Below are positions 50,851 through 64,000 of a DNA stretch of 64,000 bases, one piece after another (the first letter of the stretch is position 1; the number at the start of each line of letters is the position of its first letter). Origin of the DNA: Octopus vulgaris (Eukaryota); assembly GCA_951406725.2 (NCBI GenBank), contig OX597824.1:34720001-34784000 (forward strand), read 5' to 3'. The notes beneath the pieces are model-generated. The model did not search any database, was not told the DNA's origin, and saw only the letters and a program-made list of their open reading frames with translations. The position numbers were made by a program, and so were the translations under genes.

Positions 50851-51650
50851 TATATATGAATTTATGTGAGTACATGTATGAGGAGTAATGCTACAAGGTA
50901 GTAAAACCTAAGCCATGAATGCAGGGGACATGCAAAGGTTAGAAAGAAATTAAATAAGCATATGCAAATGAGTTGAGAGAAAATGCAAATGTATTGAGAG
51001 AAAAATTGCTCATCAGATGTAATGTACAAGAGAGAAGACTGCTCTGGTATGGATAAGGGCAGCTTTATAAAGAAGTGCCATTGAGGATTATATTGTGATT
51101 ATAATATTTATCATGTGAAGTTCTTTCAGTATTTTCCTGTGTTTCGTGTTCCAATTCTGAACTTAGGTCTAAGGTATTTCCCACTCCCATATTTATCATT
51201 ACCCGTCTGTCATCCATTGTCCAATGTGCTCCTTGGTGACTCGTGCAACGATATGGTCGGAAATCTCAGTGTTGTCAGTAATTCCATAGAAGGTGAGTAG
51301 GGGACAACATGAGAGAAGTGGCACGCTGAAGTTCCCTTCCTAATTCACAGTGCCAACTAATTAGGCAATTAATGTCTGCTGTATAAATTACAGGTACTCT
51401 GTATTTTGCCAGACATTGATAAAAAAAACATGTGAGTGCCATTTCTCCAGCCTCTTATGAAATTTATTGTCCTGTCAATAGCTTCACTGTAACTCTGGCA
51501 TGGGGAGCTAATAAAAGGCTATCCTTCCTCAAGGGAACCCTAGATTGTGGTTTAATATCATGCCCAGTGAGAATAGTTGCCTAATAATTCCAACTTTTGA
51601 CGGAAATATTTCAAATGACCTTATTACAAGTGTTGTCCACATTATTATTA

Positions 51651-51691
<41 letters not shown>

Positions 51692-52477
51692 ATTTTTTTT
51701 TTCTTCTTTCTTCAAATTTTCTTCTGTTTCTCGCCAAGTGTTTTCCATACACATAGGGCAGAGAAGGGCATTGTATGCATTCCCAGATTACACATGCAAA
51801 TTCATAGATAAAATATGTATTTAAAAATTAATAAATAAATAAATTCATGGATGGATGTTATTTTCACAGCGATAGTGCTCTTCTCAGTACATGAGCCGTT
51901 CCAGTTAATACGATTTTTTGCACTTCCTGTAGGGATGGTGAGCCTGGAATCATTTTCAAATAGGTTTCAGTAACTTTTTTTTTATTTTTTATTATTATTA
52001 TTATAATTATTTTTCTCGTTTGTGGGAGCAGTCAAGTTTCAGATATTCACATTTTAAAAATCATCTCTGGCTAATCGTTGAGAGGACGTTGGTGTTGCCT
52101 TGCCGGAAGTTTGCACTCTCTGAGTACTCTAATTATTATTATTATTATTGAGTGAGAGAGCAGTGCATACCATCAAAGTAACACTGGGGTAAAATATATG
52201 AAGCCCAGTATATGCATCATGACTACCTGTCTGATAAGAGTACACCAGGTACATGTATCACAACTATATGTGCACAACATGGTGATCTTATATCAAGATA
52301 AACAGTGCATGACCCTGCAGGTGGGGCCCAGTTAAAATTTTCTTCGGGTTAAGTACTCCATCCTACTCAAATAAGGAGATGAGATGGTCTATTGTTTCGT
52401 CAAATGTGTCACAGAATCTGCATTTAGGGTTAGAACCATTTTGAAGAATATTAGCCTGGTAGTTTTTGTGAATAATC

Positions 52478-52529
<52 letters not shown>

Positions 52530-52889
52530 CATCACCATCATCATTATTTTTATTATTATTACTATTATTAAGGAAATGTCTTAAAACTTGGTAAACAATT
52601 CAGTTTTTAAGTAGCAGCTGCTTCCTAGATTTATAATTACAGGATTATACATGTGTATACATGATTCATGTATATATACGTGAATCATGCCTTATTACAA
52701 TATGTGTGTGTGTGTGTGTGTGTGTGTATACATGAATCATACCATATTACAATCCTGTGATCATACATCTAGGAAACAAATGCTACCTGAAAACAAAAAT
52801 GTTTACCAAGTTTTAAATGACATTTCTTTGATAATAATAATAATAATAATCATACTATAACTGGCGTAATGTCCGTCCATTTGTTTGTC

Positions 52890-55800
52890 TGTACTCACAT
52901 TATGGCCAAACGGTCTTTGAACAAAACAAAAACAGTTCAACACCAATCCAAAAAGATTCTACCAAGAACTTGGCAAAAATAAAACAGAGATCAATGCAGC
53001 ACCAACAGCAGAAATAGTGAAAGAATTTTGGAAAGAAGTATGGTTGGTAAAGGAACAGCCTCGGAAATGATCTATCAAAATAACAAACACAACATCTGAA
53101 CAACTCTGGACTCCTCTAACAAAAGAAGATGTCACTCAGGCACTGCAAAAACTAAGCAACTGGAAGGCACCTAGACACAAGATCACCAATTTCTGGTTAA
53201 AATAGGAATACATAAGATGCTGACTGAGAAATTTAATGAGATACCAGTGGAGCCAAGGACAATGTCTGAATGGCTCACAGAAGGGAAAACTATCCTAATT
53301 CTCAAATCCACTGAACCAGCAAACCCACAAAACTACAGACTGATAACTTGTCTCCTTACAATGTACAAAACCTTAACTGCAATAATATCACAGAGAATGG
53401 ACAAACATCTGGAAGGAAGCAACATGTTTCCAGAAGATCAGAAGGGATGCTGCAAGGGCTCATATGAATGAAAATATCATTTATTGATCAATAAAACCAT
53501 AACTGAAGACAACCAAAAGAAAAAATAAGGGTCTAAGCATGGCTTGGATCGATTATCAAAAGTCTTTTAACAGTATTCCCCCACACATGGATCCTGGAAA
53601 CATTAGCTATGAACAAGGTAGTACCAATAATCATAAAATATATAAAACATTCCATGAATAAATGGCAAATAGTACCACAGCTCCAGACAAAAGAGAGACT
53701 CATAAAAACTAAAGCCATCCCAATTAGAAGAGGAATATTCCAAGGAAACATACTCTCTCCACTCATTTTCTGCTTGACACTGATGCATTTATCTGACATG
53801 CTGAAGAAAACTGGATATGGATACATCTGCTACAGTAAAACAATTGACCATCTCTTGTATATGGATGATCTAAAACTGTATGCTGCAAATGACAAACGGC
53901 TGGAAACATTACTACAAACAGTGCATGAATTTATGAAAGAAATAAACATAAAATTCAGCTTAGAAAAAATACCAAAGCAACCATCAAAAGTGGAAAACTA
54001 GTTAGGAGTAACAATATCACCCTAGATAAAGCAAATGAAATAAGAGAATTAGACCAAAACCAGACAATACGAATATTTAGGAATCAATGAACTAGATATG
54101 GTATAACACACAAATGAAAGAGAAGATAAGAAAGGAATACTATAGAAGAGTTACAATAATACTTAAAACAGAACTCAATGTGAAAATCAAGATAATAAGT
54201 ATCAACACTCTTGCCATCCCAGTTATAAGTTACAGCTACAATATTCTTAATTGAACTCTAAATGAACAAACCAAACTAGACAAGAAATCAATAATAATGA
54301 TGACAGAATTTAGGATGCACCACCCAAAATCTGACATAATGGGGTTTTCAAAAAATCCACCCAGAGCTGTTAAATCGAAAATTTTATTTTATAAAACTAG
54401 TTTTCAGTTTAAATAACTGCCCACCTATAATAAGTGCTTATGGGTGGTAATATGGAAGTAAAATATTTCACCTAGGAAAAACAAAGATATTCTCAAAAAC
54501 CATATTTATTTTATACAATTCCATTGAACTTCTATCGTTTCAGTTATCAGATATATAGACATAAAGAAAGTGAAACAGCCTTAAAAGAAGTAGCATATTA
54601 AAAAATATTCTCAAGTTAACAATGGATCTATTAGGAAATACTGAAAATTAAACTGTTGAAAACATGAATGGAAGCCTCGTATGACCAAATAATGTCCTTG
54701 GGCATTTATGGGTAAATATCACAAATTTCTTCATTTGTTGCTTGGTCATAATTCACATCAGAGCTAATTTCACTTACTTGTATCCCATCTTCTTCAATTT
54801 TGTCATTATGTGCATCTGGCGCATTTACCTCAAGGCCAGACAAAACATCCTGTAAGAGTGAGCTTAAGAGACTATGTTCTACAGTCTGTCCATGAGGAGC
54901 AATTCCACAACATTCAAAAGCATGCTTTATAGTTTCTCTATTTAAAGTGGCAACAGCTTGGGTCACAAAGTTCACTATCTCCTGACAAGAAAGTTTTTTG
55001 CGATATCCTTTATTTGTATACTCCCTTTTTGCCTTTGAAAACCAATTCTCTCATTCTGCATGAAGGACTTTCTTGAAAGGACCAATAACTGATACATCTA
55101 ACGGCTACAAGTAAGATGTTTTAGGAGATATAAGTTTGAGAATTGTATTCCTACGTTTGAACACTTCTAGGAGCTTTGTTTTCTTGTGCACTGAGCATTC
55201 ATCCATGAATAGCCCTGAATTTTGAGCATGGAATAGTTGTGCTGTTCTCTGCCCAAGCACTTTGTCAGTTCACAGCTGCATGAGTTCATATGGGAATGAT
55301 TCCTTGTTGGAGACAGTTAAGTAAACATTCTTTGGGACCTTGATTTTAGGCACGTTTTTCAATCCTTTAAGGATAATCATTTTTTTTTCAACACCCTTCC
55401 TTCAGCATTAACACACAACACAGCAGTAAAACAAGCTTTGGTAGCATCACAGTGGCTAGCATCTACATTTTTATTGCCAACAAAGTCTATGGTTGTTGAA
55501 TTCAGCATGTCAACGTATACAGGGGTTTCATTCATATTATAAATCTGGTCAGCATCCTTATCTGCTGTTAATATTGGAATGCTATCTAGACACTCACTGG
55601 CAATTTGTACCTGTTCTCCAAGTGTTTTATTGTCTGCTTGACCAACATGTGTAATCTTTCTCACAGTCAGTTTATTCCATTTCATGAAATTGAAAATCCA
55701 TTTATCAGAACATCTAAAGCTGTTCATTTCAATTCCAAACCTTTTTACCAATTCAAAAACATATTTCCATAAATGGCAATAATTTATTATTATATTGTTT

Positions 55801-56790
55801 GTATGCAGAACAACAATCCACTGTAAGAGTTCAATCTCTAGATCTCTATGTGTTGGTCCTCTACCTCCACCAATTGATCTGCGCCTCCTCTTGTCTGACA
55901 TATTGATTAACTCAGTTTCTTTTGTGCACCATTCTCTCAATCGTTTCCTATCAATACCTAAGTCTCTTGATGCAGCAGATAAATTGCCAGAATGTTCTTT
56001 CACTCGTTTAGTAGCTCTCAATTTTTTACTAATGGTATATGATCGTTAAACATGTTTGATATATTTTGTTTTGACTCCATTATTGGGAATAAAAATCCTT
56101 TAAATTTATCTACAGACTATTTACTGTACAATAACATAGTGAAGCTTGCAATGAGATAATTACTAGTGACACACGTAAAGAACATTAACAGCAAGACAGT
56201 GGTTATTCCCAGGATATCGGCGTTCAATAAGAACTTGTGTTACAAATTGAGATATTCAAGGTAAATGAGATCACGTAGCAATGATGACAAATATAATCGG
56301 ATCAGATAAGTGGCATGGTGTAGCCAACGAACTATCAGGGTGTTACATTATTCCTCCGACGAAATAAGGCTAGTGCCGAACAGAGCAAATGAACATCTAA
56401 ACACAATGCAAACAAGAACACTAACTCTGTTTCAGCTTTTAACCACAAATAACCACCCATCCAAATAAATGCCCATGAGTGATCTAATGGATGGGTGGAT
56501 TTCCGAAAACCCCAGAAGAAAGTTATATATAAAATGTAGAGGCCTTATACAGCTAGAAAATTATTATAAAATAAATACCATAGGATTACAAAAATACCTA
56601 ATTCAGAAGCAAGGAAAACTGGTACAAATAGGCATGAAAAACAAGCAAAACAAAAAACTGTTTTCTGATTTTTAGAAAACTGAAGAATACAAGAAACAAC
56701 CTGACTACTACTAAGACAAAGAAGAAAAAGCAACAGCTGTGAAACAACTGAAATCCAAACGAAAACTGGAACTACGAAGTATCTTGATTA
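52890..56790 (+). mobile_element. Decayed R4/Dong-like (RLE clade) non-LTR retrotransposon, interrupted by a pogo element
   Basis: NYRLITCL, MAWIDYQK, RGIFQGNILSPLIF, HLLYMDDLKLYA and HPKSDI|ERLY-like motifs. Lies next to (TAA)n. A C-terminal fragment of a similar element is on the - strand at ~51865-51960. Confidence 0.8.
54339..56515 (-). mobile_element. pogo/Tigger-like transposon (CENP-B HTH + DDE_1), decayed
   Basis: ORF 55377-56021 (HTH, WIFNFMKWN, IYNMNETP) and SYLQPLDVSV. TIRs tggggttttc..aaatccaccca / tgggtggatttccgaaaacccca at a TA-like site. Confidence 0.88.
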
Positions 56791-56918
56791 ACTTAGGAAA
56801 TTAATGTTGTTCGCAAAGCTTCTCCAATATAATAAAAATCTACAACTTGCTTTTTTTAGTTCAAAGCATATCCTGTTAGTTTTTTTATTGTTTATAAAAA
56901 ATAACCACTTTATGCAAA

Positions 56919-59684
56919 TGTATGTGTATGTATACACTTGTGCGTGTGTGTGTGAGTGAGTGTATGCACATGTGTGTGTGTTTTTTTATTTTTAACTATT
57001 TGAAATCTTCCTGTAAGGAAGCAGCTGGTTTCTAACAAAGATACAATGTTCCATTGTTAAAATGTAGATAAGAAAAATAAAGTCACATTTCAAACTTGCA
57101 TATTTTTACTGTGCCACTAACAGATTGCATTTGTAATGTGTGATTTAACTAGTTAATTTCTTTTCCTGAAATGGATTGCAGCCTAGGGGTGATCCCAAAA
57201 TGAAGGTGCGCATGCATGTGTATAAGAGATATTCTCTTTAATGATAAATTACCATAGATTTTTCCACTTTAGTGACACTGACTTATTAATAAAAAAAAAA
57301 AACAGTTTGCTACCAGTTCCAAAGGTACCTATAGATTTTTCCACTTTAGTAACATCAATCCCCATACAATTCTCTTCTGCAGACTGATGTCACTATGACA
57401 GTGAAAAAAAGAAAAGACTACCACTTCTGAAAATGTATATATGTGTGTGTGTACCCTGCCCAGTGGGGATTACAATCCTAGAACTTAAACCAGTGAGGGA
57501 CCTGGGTATCGACATGAGTGATGATAGCTCTTTCCAAGTGCACATTACAAAAGTGGTGACAAAGTGCAGATGGAAGGCTGGATGGTACCTGAGAACCTTC
57601 AGAACATAGAGAAGGGAATCATGATGGTCCTCAGCTGCCTGGACTACTGCTCCCAACTATGGTCACCCCACATTATAAAATTAACAGTAGACTTTGAAGC
57701 AATCCAGCAAAGTTACACAAAGAAGATCATCTCATTGCAACTGCCCAGCTACTGGGAAATGCTGAAACAGCTAAGACTCTACTCCCTGGAGCGAAGATGA
57801 GAGAGATTTGCAGTAATATACATCTGGAAGATCTTGGAAGGGATTGTACCAAGTTTTGGCATTGAGAGCTACATAGATGCCAGAATGGGTCGCCACAGTG
57901 CAGTGCCAAAGATCCTAACATTGCTGTTGTGTTTGAAGATCAGTTACTGCAACAGCTTGGGTTTCAAGGTTCCACAGCTTTTTAATATTCTCCCAAAGAG
58001 CCTAAGGGACCTACACAAAGTGGATGTAGGTGTTTTTCAAACAAAACTGGATCTCTTCCTGCCAAGAATCCCAGATAAACCTACCTCGATGCAGGAGGTG
58101 CAAATGAGGGCAGCGACATCAAACTCCCTTATTCACCAAATGCCACATATCAGAGGAAGCTCTCAAAAATGATAGTGTAGCAAAACGGCAGTGCCCCAGC
58201 GTGGCTGCAGCTTTGAACTGATACAGATAAAAAAAATAAATGAATATATATATATAGGCACAGGAGTGGCTGTGTGGTAAGTAGCTTGTATGTGTATGTA
58301 TACACTTGTGCGTGTGTGTGTGAGTGTATGCACATGTGTGTGTGTTTGTGAGTGTATGCACATGTGTGTGTGTTTTTTTTATTTTTAACTATTTGAAATC
58401 TTCCTGTAAGGAAGCAGCTGGTTTCTAACAAAGATACAAAGTTCCATTGTTAAAATGTAGATAAGAAAAATAAAGTCACATTTCAAACTTGCATATTTTT
58501 ACTGTGCCACTAACAGATTGCATTTGTAATGTGTGATTTAACTAGTTAATTTCTTTTTCTGAAATGGATTGCAGCCTAGGGGTGATCCCAAAATGAAGGT
58601 GCGCATGCGTGTGTATAAGAGAGATTCTCTTTAATGATAAATTACCATAGATATTTCCACTTTAGTGACACTGACTTATTAATAAAAAAAAAAAACACAG
58701 TTTGCTACCAGTTCCAAAGGTACCTATAGATTTTTCCACTTTAGTAACATCAATCCCCATACAATTCTCTTCTGCAGACTGATGTCACTATGACAGTGAA
58801 AAAAAAGAAAAGACTACCACTTCTGAAAATGTATATATGTGTGTGTGTACCCTGCCCAGTGGGGATTACAATCCTAGAACTTAAACCAGTGAGGGACCTG
58901 GGTATCGACATGAGTGATGATAGCTCTTTCCAAGTGCACATTACAAAAGTGGTGACAAAGTGCAGATGGAAGGCTGGATGGTACCTGAGAACCTTCAGAA
59001 CATAGAGAAGGGAATCATGATGGTCCTCAGCTGCCTGGACTACTGCTCCCAACTATGGTCACCCCACATTATAAAATTAACAGTAGACTTTGAAGCAATC
59101 CAGCAAAGTTACACAAAGAAGATCATCTCATTGCAACTGCCCAGCTACTGGGAAATGCTGAAACAGCTAAGACTCTACTCCCTGGAGCGAAGATGAGAGA
59201 GATTTGTAGTAATATACATCTGGAAGATCTTGGAAGGGATTGTACCAAATTTTGGCATTGAGAGCTACATAGATGCCAGAATGGGTCGCCACAGTGCAGT
59301 GCCAAAGATCCTAACATTGCTGTTGTGTTTGAAGATCAGTTACTGCAACAGCTTGGGTTTCAAGGTTCCACAGCTTTTTAATATTCTCCCAAAGAGCCTA
59401 AGGGACCTACACAAAGTGGATGTAGGTGTTTTCAAACAAAACTGGATCTCTTCCTGCCAAGAATCCCAGATAAACCTACCTCGATGCAGGAGGTGCAAAT
59501 GAGGGCAGCGACATCAAACTCCCTTATTCACCAAATGCCACATATCAGAGGAAGCTCTCAAAAATGATAGTGTAGCAAAACGGCAGTGCCCCAGCGTGGC
59601 TGCAGCTTTGAACTGATACAGATAAAAAAAATAAATGAATATATATATATAGGCACAGGAGTGGCTGTGTGGTAAGTAGCTTGT
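56919..59684 (+). repeat. Near-identical tandem duplication of ~1.38 kb (56919-58286 and 58287-59684) containing CR1-like 3' fragments
   Basis: Identical ORF pairs (57564/58960 and 57727/59123). The junction cuts a SINE head at a tgt microhomology. Confidence 0.93.
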
Positions 59685-60030
59685 TTACCAACCACATGGT
59701 TCCGGATACCTTGGGCAAGTGTCTTCTACTATAGCTTCAGGCCGACCAAAGCCTTGTGAGTGGATTTGGTAGACGGAAACTGAAAGAAGCCAGTCGTATA
59801 TATGTATATATATGTATGTGCGTTAATGTTTGTGTGTCTGTGTTTGTCCCCCTAGCATTGCTTAACAACCGATGCTGGTGTGTTTATGTCCCCGTAACTT
59901 AGCGGTTCGGCAAAAGAGACCGATAGAAATAAGTACAGGGCTTACAAAGAATAAGTCCCGGGGTCGAGTTGCTTGATTAAAGTCAGTGCTCCAGCATGGC
60001 CAGTCAAAATGACTGAAACAAGAGAAAAAG
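59652..60030 (+). mobile_element. tRNA-derived SINE
   Basis: Same family as 1073-1479. Confidence 0.85.
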
Positions 60031-60929
60031 AGAGAAAGATATATATATATATATATATGTAAAGGGCATAACTACAGATAGATGCCTCCACTCCCACCTC
60101 GAATTAGTTGTCTCTTAACTTCCAGAAAAATGGATAATTTTAACGAAATTTTTCAACAAATACCATTTAAATACTGTAGATTCAGAGTATATAGGGATAT
60201 GTTGTAAAAAATTTTTTCGAAGGATTGGTGAAAGGAGTTTTAGAAAATTCACGCGATTCAACTTTTTTCCTCTCATAGCTTTCAAGAAAATGGGTATCTT
60301 TTAATGAATGTTTATACAAATACTTTTCAAACGACATAGATTACGATTATAAAGAAATTTGCAGAGAAAGTCTTTTCCGAGGGGATGGGGAGACGGGTTT
60401 CGAAAAAAACGGGGTTTCGGATCAGGAAGACCACATAAGATGGAATTTCTCCGTTTTGACGGGAATTTTTCCATTTTTTTTTTTGCTCCAGGGCCCTCAA
60501 AATGATGGGAGGAGGAGCATCGTTTTATTCTTTTTTGTTTCAGCCTTGAAGCTTTGTTGAAATATTTTTCTACTCCCCCTTTCCTCACCATCCCATTCCA
60601 GACCAATTTTGGCCAATTTTTTTGCACTTAAAAACCATGTAAGGAGCATTTTCGGTTTTAAAAACCCCCCAGAAAATTGTAAATATTTTCAGACGAGAAA
60701 AGTGTGTGATTTAAGGGAGATTTGGCTGTTATTTCTAGCATATCTCAAGACAATCCTCCACGTTTCTTTCTCATACTCGTGTGTATAGATGCTTTTCAAT
60801 ATATTTCTTCCCCTAAGGCAACGAGTTGGCAGAAACGTTATTTTGTTAAAAGATATCTATTATTTTGGAAGTTATGTGGCAACAAAGCTGGGTTGGGGTA
60901 CACATCTGTAGTTATGCCATATATATATA

Positions 60930-61619
60930 TCTCTCTATGTAAAACTGAAATGCGTTTTTACCGCTTGGATCGCTTTCAATGCCACTACGTCCCGTCCGAT
61001 TCGCTCCAAAATTTACAGGGACATGTAGAATGAGGTGACGATGCCCGTGGGCTACTTTAGAAATCCCTATCTTGAAAGGTGTGGTTGCTAGGGGCCATCT
61101 TCCTCACTCAAGCTATTTCCTCCTTCCCTCTCTTACTACCCTCATATATAACTTTGAAAAGGCCACTCCCGTTATTTAATGTATTCCCCTCAACTCCCTT
61201 TCACTTTCCCTTTATAAGTTCGTCAGACGGCTTTCTTTGATGTATCTGTCTGCATTCATAGGGAGAATTATCATCGCCACCAACAACACACAATCATGAG
61301 AACAAATGTTCATTTATATATGTGTGTGTGTTCGATATATAAATATGTATATATAATGTATATATACAAAGTGTATATATCTGTATTTATGTATATTAAA
61401 CTTTTTAATACTTTTTGATAGTTATATATATTTTTAAACAAATTATAAATATAATTTAATAATTTTTATTTTAAATTTAAATAATTAAAATTTTTCAATT
61501 TTATATATTTTCTATATTATATTCTTATTTTTGTTTTTGTTTTTTTTTGCCTATTAGTGGTTTTATCTCTAATTTAATTTATACATATATATATATATAA
61601 TTTGTATATATAATGCATG

Positions 61620-61654
<35 letters not shown>

Positions 61655-63409
61655 GTATATAATGTGTGCATTATGTGGTCGGTCGGTTCAGCTGAAAATA
61701 TGCACACCTATTAACCCTTTCGTTTCTATATTTCTGACCAAAATACACCCCTTATGTGTTTCAATTAATTTCTAACATAATCATAAAGTTAGTCTGGTTT
61801 CATTAAACAACTATAACTTTTTTATTTATCAATATATCAAACTGATTTTTGGAAGATAATTTAATGAAATGTTCTCAACCAATTCTATACTATAATTTTT
61901 GTCACAAGGTGACTCTAATTGCAGGTAGATACAGGTAAATTCAACAAAATATAAAATTATTAAAATTTTGTTCAAACATCGCTATAGAAAATGGGTTATT
62001 AGCTAATATTCAATTGGGTATACAACAAAATTTTACGATAGGATTTGTTATTCTGGGTAACTTTCTGATACCCATAATAATATTTATGGCAAAATAGTCT
62101 TAATTTCATTTAAGGTTGTGGGAAACTACAAACTATCCTTTCTTTCGCTTTGTTTACATTTAGCGTAACGGATCGTTTCCGCCGTAATGATTTCAAATAG
62201 GCTCATTCGAAAAAGTAAAAAGAAATAGTCTAAGGCTTTACTCTCCTGGGAAAGTCTGTGGCTTGGTCCAGTTTCTTCAGAAAAATCACCGAAAGAAACA
62301 GTTTTTCAATTTTCACTCCATTCAGGTGCCAATTCATTTTCTTTATCGCTGTCGGAGCTGGGGTCCGAATGAAATCGGGTTATATTAACCAAAAGGTGAA
62401 AAGGGGTATAAATGGGGCTGGAAGGGGATTAAAATTTAAAGGAGCGAGTGTTTAGGAATTCTCTGTTACATCAAGCTAAAAAAATTGCGCCAGCCTTTTA
62501 ATCTTCAATGTGTTGCCGTCCATGATGAAGAGGTTTTGAATGCTTGCCATGGTGAGTCTACTGTCGTGAGAAAGAATCACTTCAAAACTTGGTGTTTACG
62601 AACTTTCTTTTACATCAAGTTCAAAATTTTACGCCAGCCGTTAAACTGTCAATACGTTGCTGTCCGTCGTTAAGAAATGCCAGTCATGGTGACTCTACTA
62701 TCTTCAGATTCTATCCCTTCAAACTTTGCTTTCCAATATTTTATTATTTTTATTCAGCTCGCAAGTTCGTCTGTCCCTTTTAAATGTTAGCGTTTTGCTG
62801 TCTGCCTTGAAGCAGACCTTTCCGTTGCCACTGCCTGATATTTATGATTGATCTTTCTAAATATTTTATTTCTCAACTTACTCAAGATCTTTTGTTGTTT
62901 ATAAATGGGAGAGAGATAGATAAAGATAGAGAGTAAGAGAAAGCGAGGGAGAGTCCGAGAGAAAAGAAAAGTAAGAGAATGGGAAATTGAGAGAGAAAGG
63001 AGAGAGAAACAAAGAGGGAGAATCATCATCATCATCATCATCATCATCGTTTAACGTCCGTTTTCCGTGCTAGCACGGGCTGGACAGTTTGACTGGGGTC
63101 TGGGAAGCCAGGAGGCTGCACCAGGCTCCAGTCTGATCTGGCAGTGTTTCTACAGGTGGATGACCTTCCTAACGCCAACCACTCTGTGAGTGTAGTGGGT
63201 GCTTTTTTCGTGCCGCCGGCACAGGTGCCAGGGGGGCTGGCAGCGGCAACAATCGGTTGGTGCTTTTTACGTGTCACTGTCACAGAAGCCAGTCAAGGCG
63301 GCGCTGCAATCGGCCACGTTCGGATGGTGCTTTTTACGTGCTGAAAGGAAGCAAAAGAAAGTAACAACCACACATTTACCCGCGCGTAGAGCGGGTCACC
63401 TTCAGCTAG
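60930..63409 (+). mobile_element. Probable non-autonomous Helitron with nested insertions
   Basis: The 5' end tctctctatgtaaaactgaa resembles the small Helitron's 5' end. The 3' end has hairpin acccgcgcgtagagcgggt plus CTAG|T at 63406-63410. Pairing of the two ends is inferred. Confidence 0.5.
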
Positions 63410-63423
63410 TATATATATATATA

Positions 63424-64000
63424 TGTAGTCACCCTATACAACAGCGCGCGCGCGCAACGCCCTCTCGCGAATACACGAAGTCCGAAAGAGGGAATTTTGC
63501 TGACGTGGCCTTAGCAAGGGAGCGTGAGCCTTAACAAAGAGGCAAGGGAGCGTAAAGGTTGACCATTAGCGTCCGACAGACAGCGGCAGGCATTTCATTG
63601 AAGCAGACGTTTAATTCGCTCTCTCTCCGGTTTTGATAGCAGCAGTCTTTTGGCCGAAGACTTTTAACCTGAATTGTTGCAGTCAAATCATCTTCTTCAC
63701 CCGGACGCCATTTTTGACCCGTTCTGTTTTTGGCGGCTGGACATTGTAAATATTACAATCGATTAACTTTCAGTCTTGCGCGCCCAGAACCAAGGACATC
63801 AGATATACCACTGATTTCTCACCGGTATAAAACAATAAAGTATATCTATTTTTTACGTCTGCGTTTTGTGTTTCTTTGACTGGTAGAGTCTGGATATAAA
63901 GGCAACGGAAAGTGATTGCACCAACTTGCACCCCAAAAGTGCAAGCGGAGATATTCACATATTCCTTACAGTGGTGACCCCAAAGTTCCAGAGAACACTC
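63424..64000 (+). mobile_element. 5' LTR (63424-63970, TGT...ACA) and tRNA-Trp-type primer-binding site of an LTR retrotransposon continuing beyond the window
   Basis: ...ccttACA-g-TGGTGACCCC is complementary to the 3' end of tRNA-Trp; AATAAA at ~63834; CpG-rich. Confidence 0.7.

Overview
AT-rich, repeat-dense animal genomic DNA. The SINE and LINE families and the (TA)n/(CA)n tracts suggest a cephalopod, probably Octopus (inference). One host gene can be assembled on the + strand from five phase-compatible exons (4848-27933): an IL-17 receptor-like protein with a Cys-rich ectodomain, one TM helix and a SEFIR domain. Its 5' exons were not found. Its last intron contains a piggyBac relic and a decayed, internally deleted Polinton/Maverick (adintovirus-like) endogenous virus (~18978-22555). 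That relic retains a capsid gene, the start of a packaging ATPase, a fibre-like gene and a hydrophobic membrane protein with late-domain-like motifs. It also carries a complete type III hammerhead ribozyme fold (19502-19552, minus strand) next to a multibranch RNA structure. Two complete type I hammerhead folds sit in a tandem ~535-bp repeat at the window start (retrozyme/Penelope-like), and three degenerate hammerheads lie elsewhere. The rest is transposon debris: RTE, CR1/L2-like and R4/Dong-like LINEs, Gypsy pieces, hAT, Tc1, pogo, Helitrons, MITEs, tRNA-derived SINEs, a 49-50-bp minisatellite, duplications and one assembly gap. All family calls come from motif recognition by eye; no database search was run.
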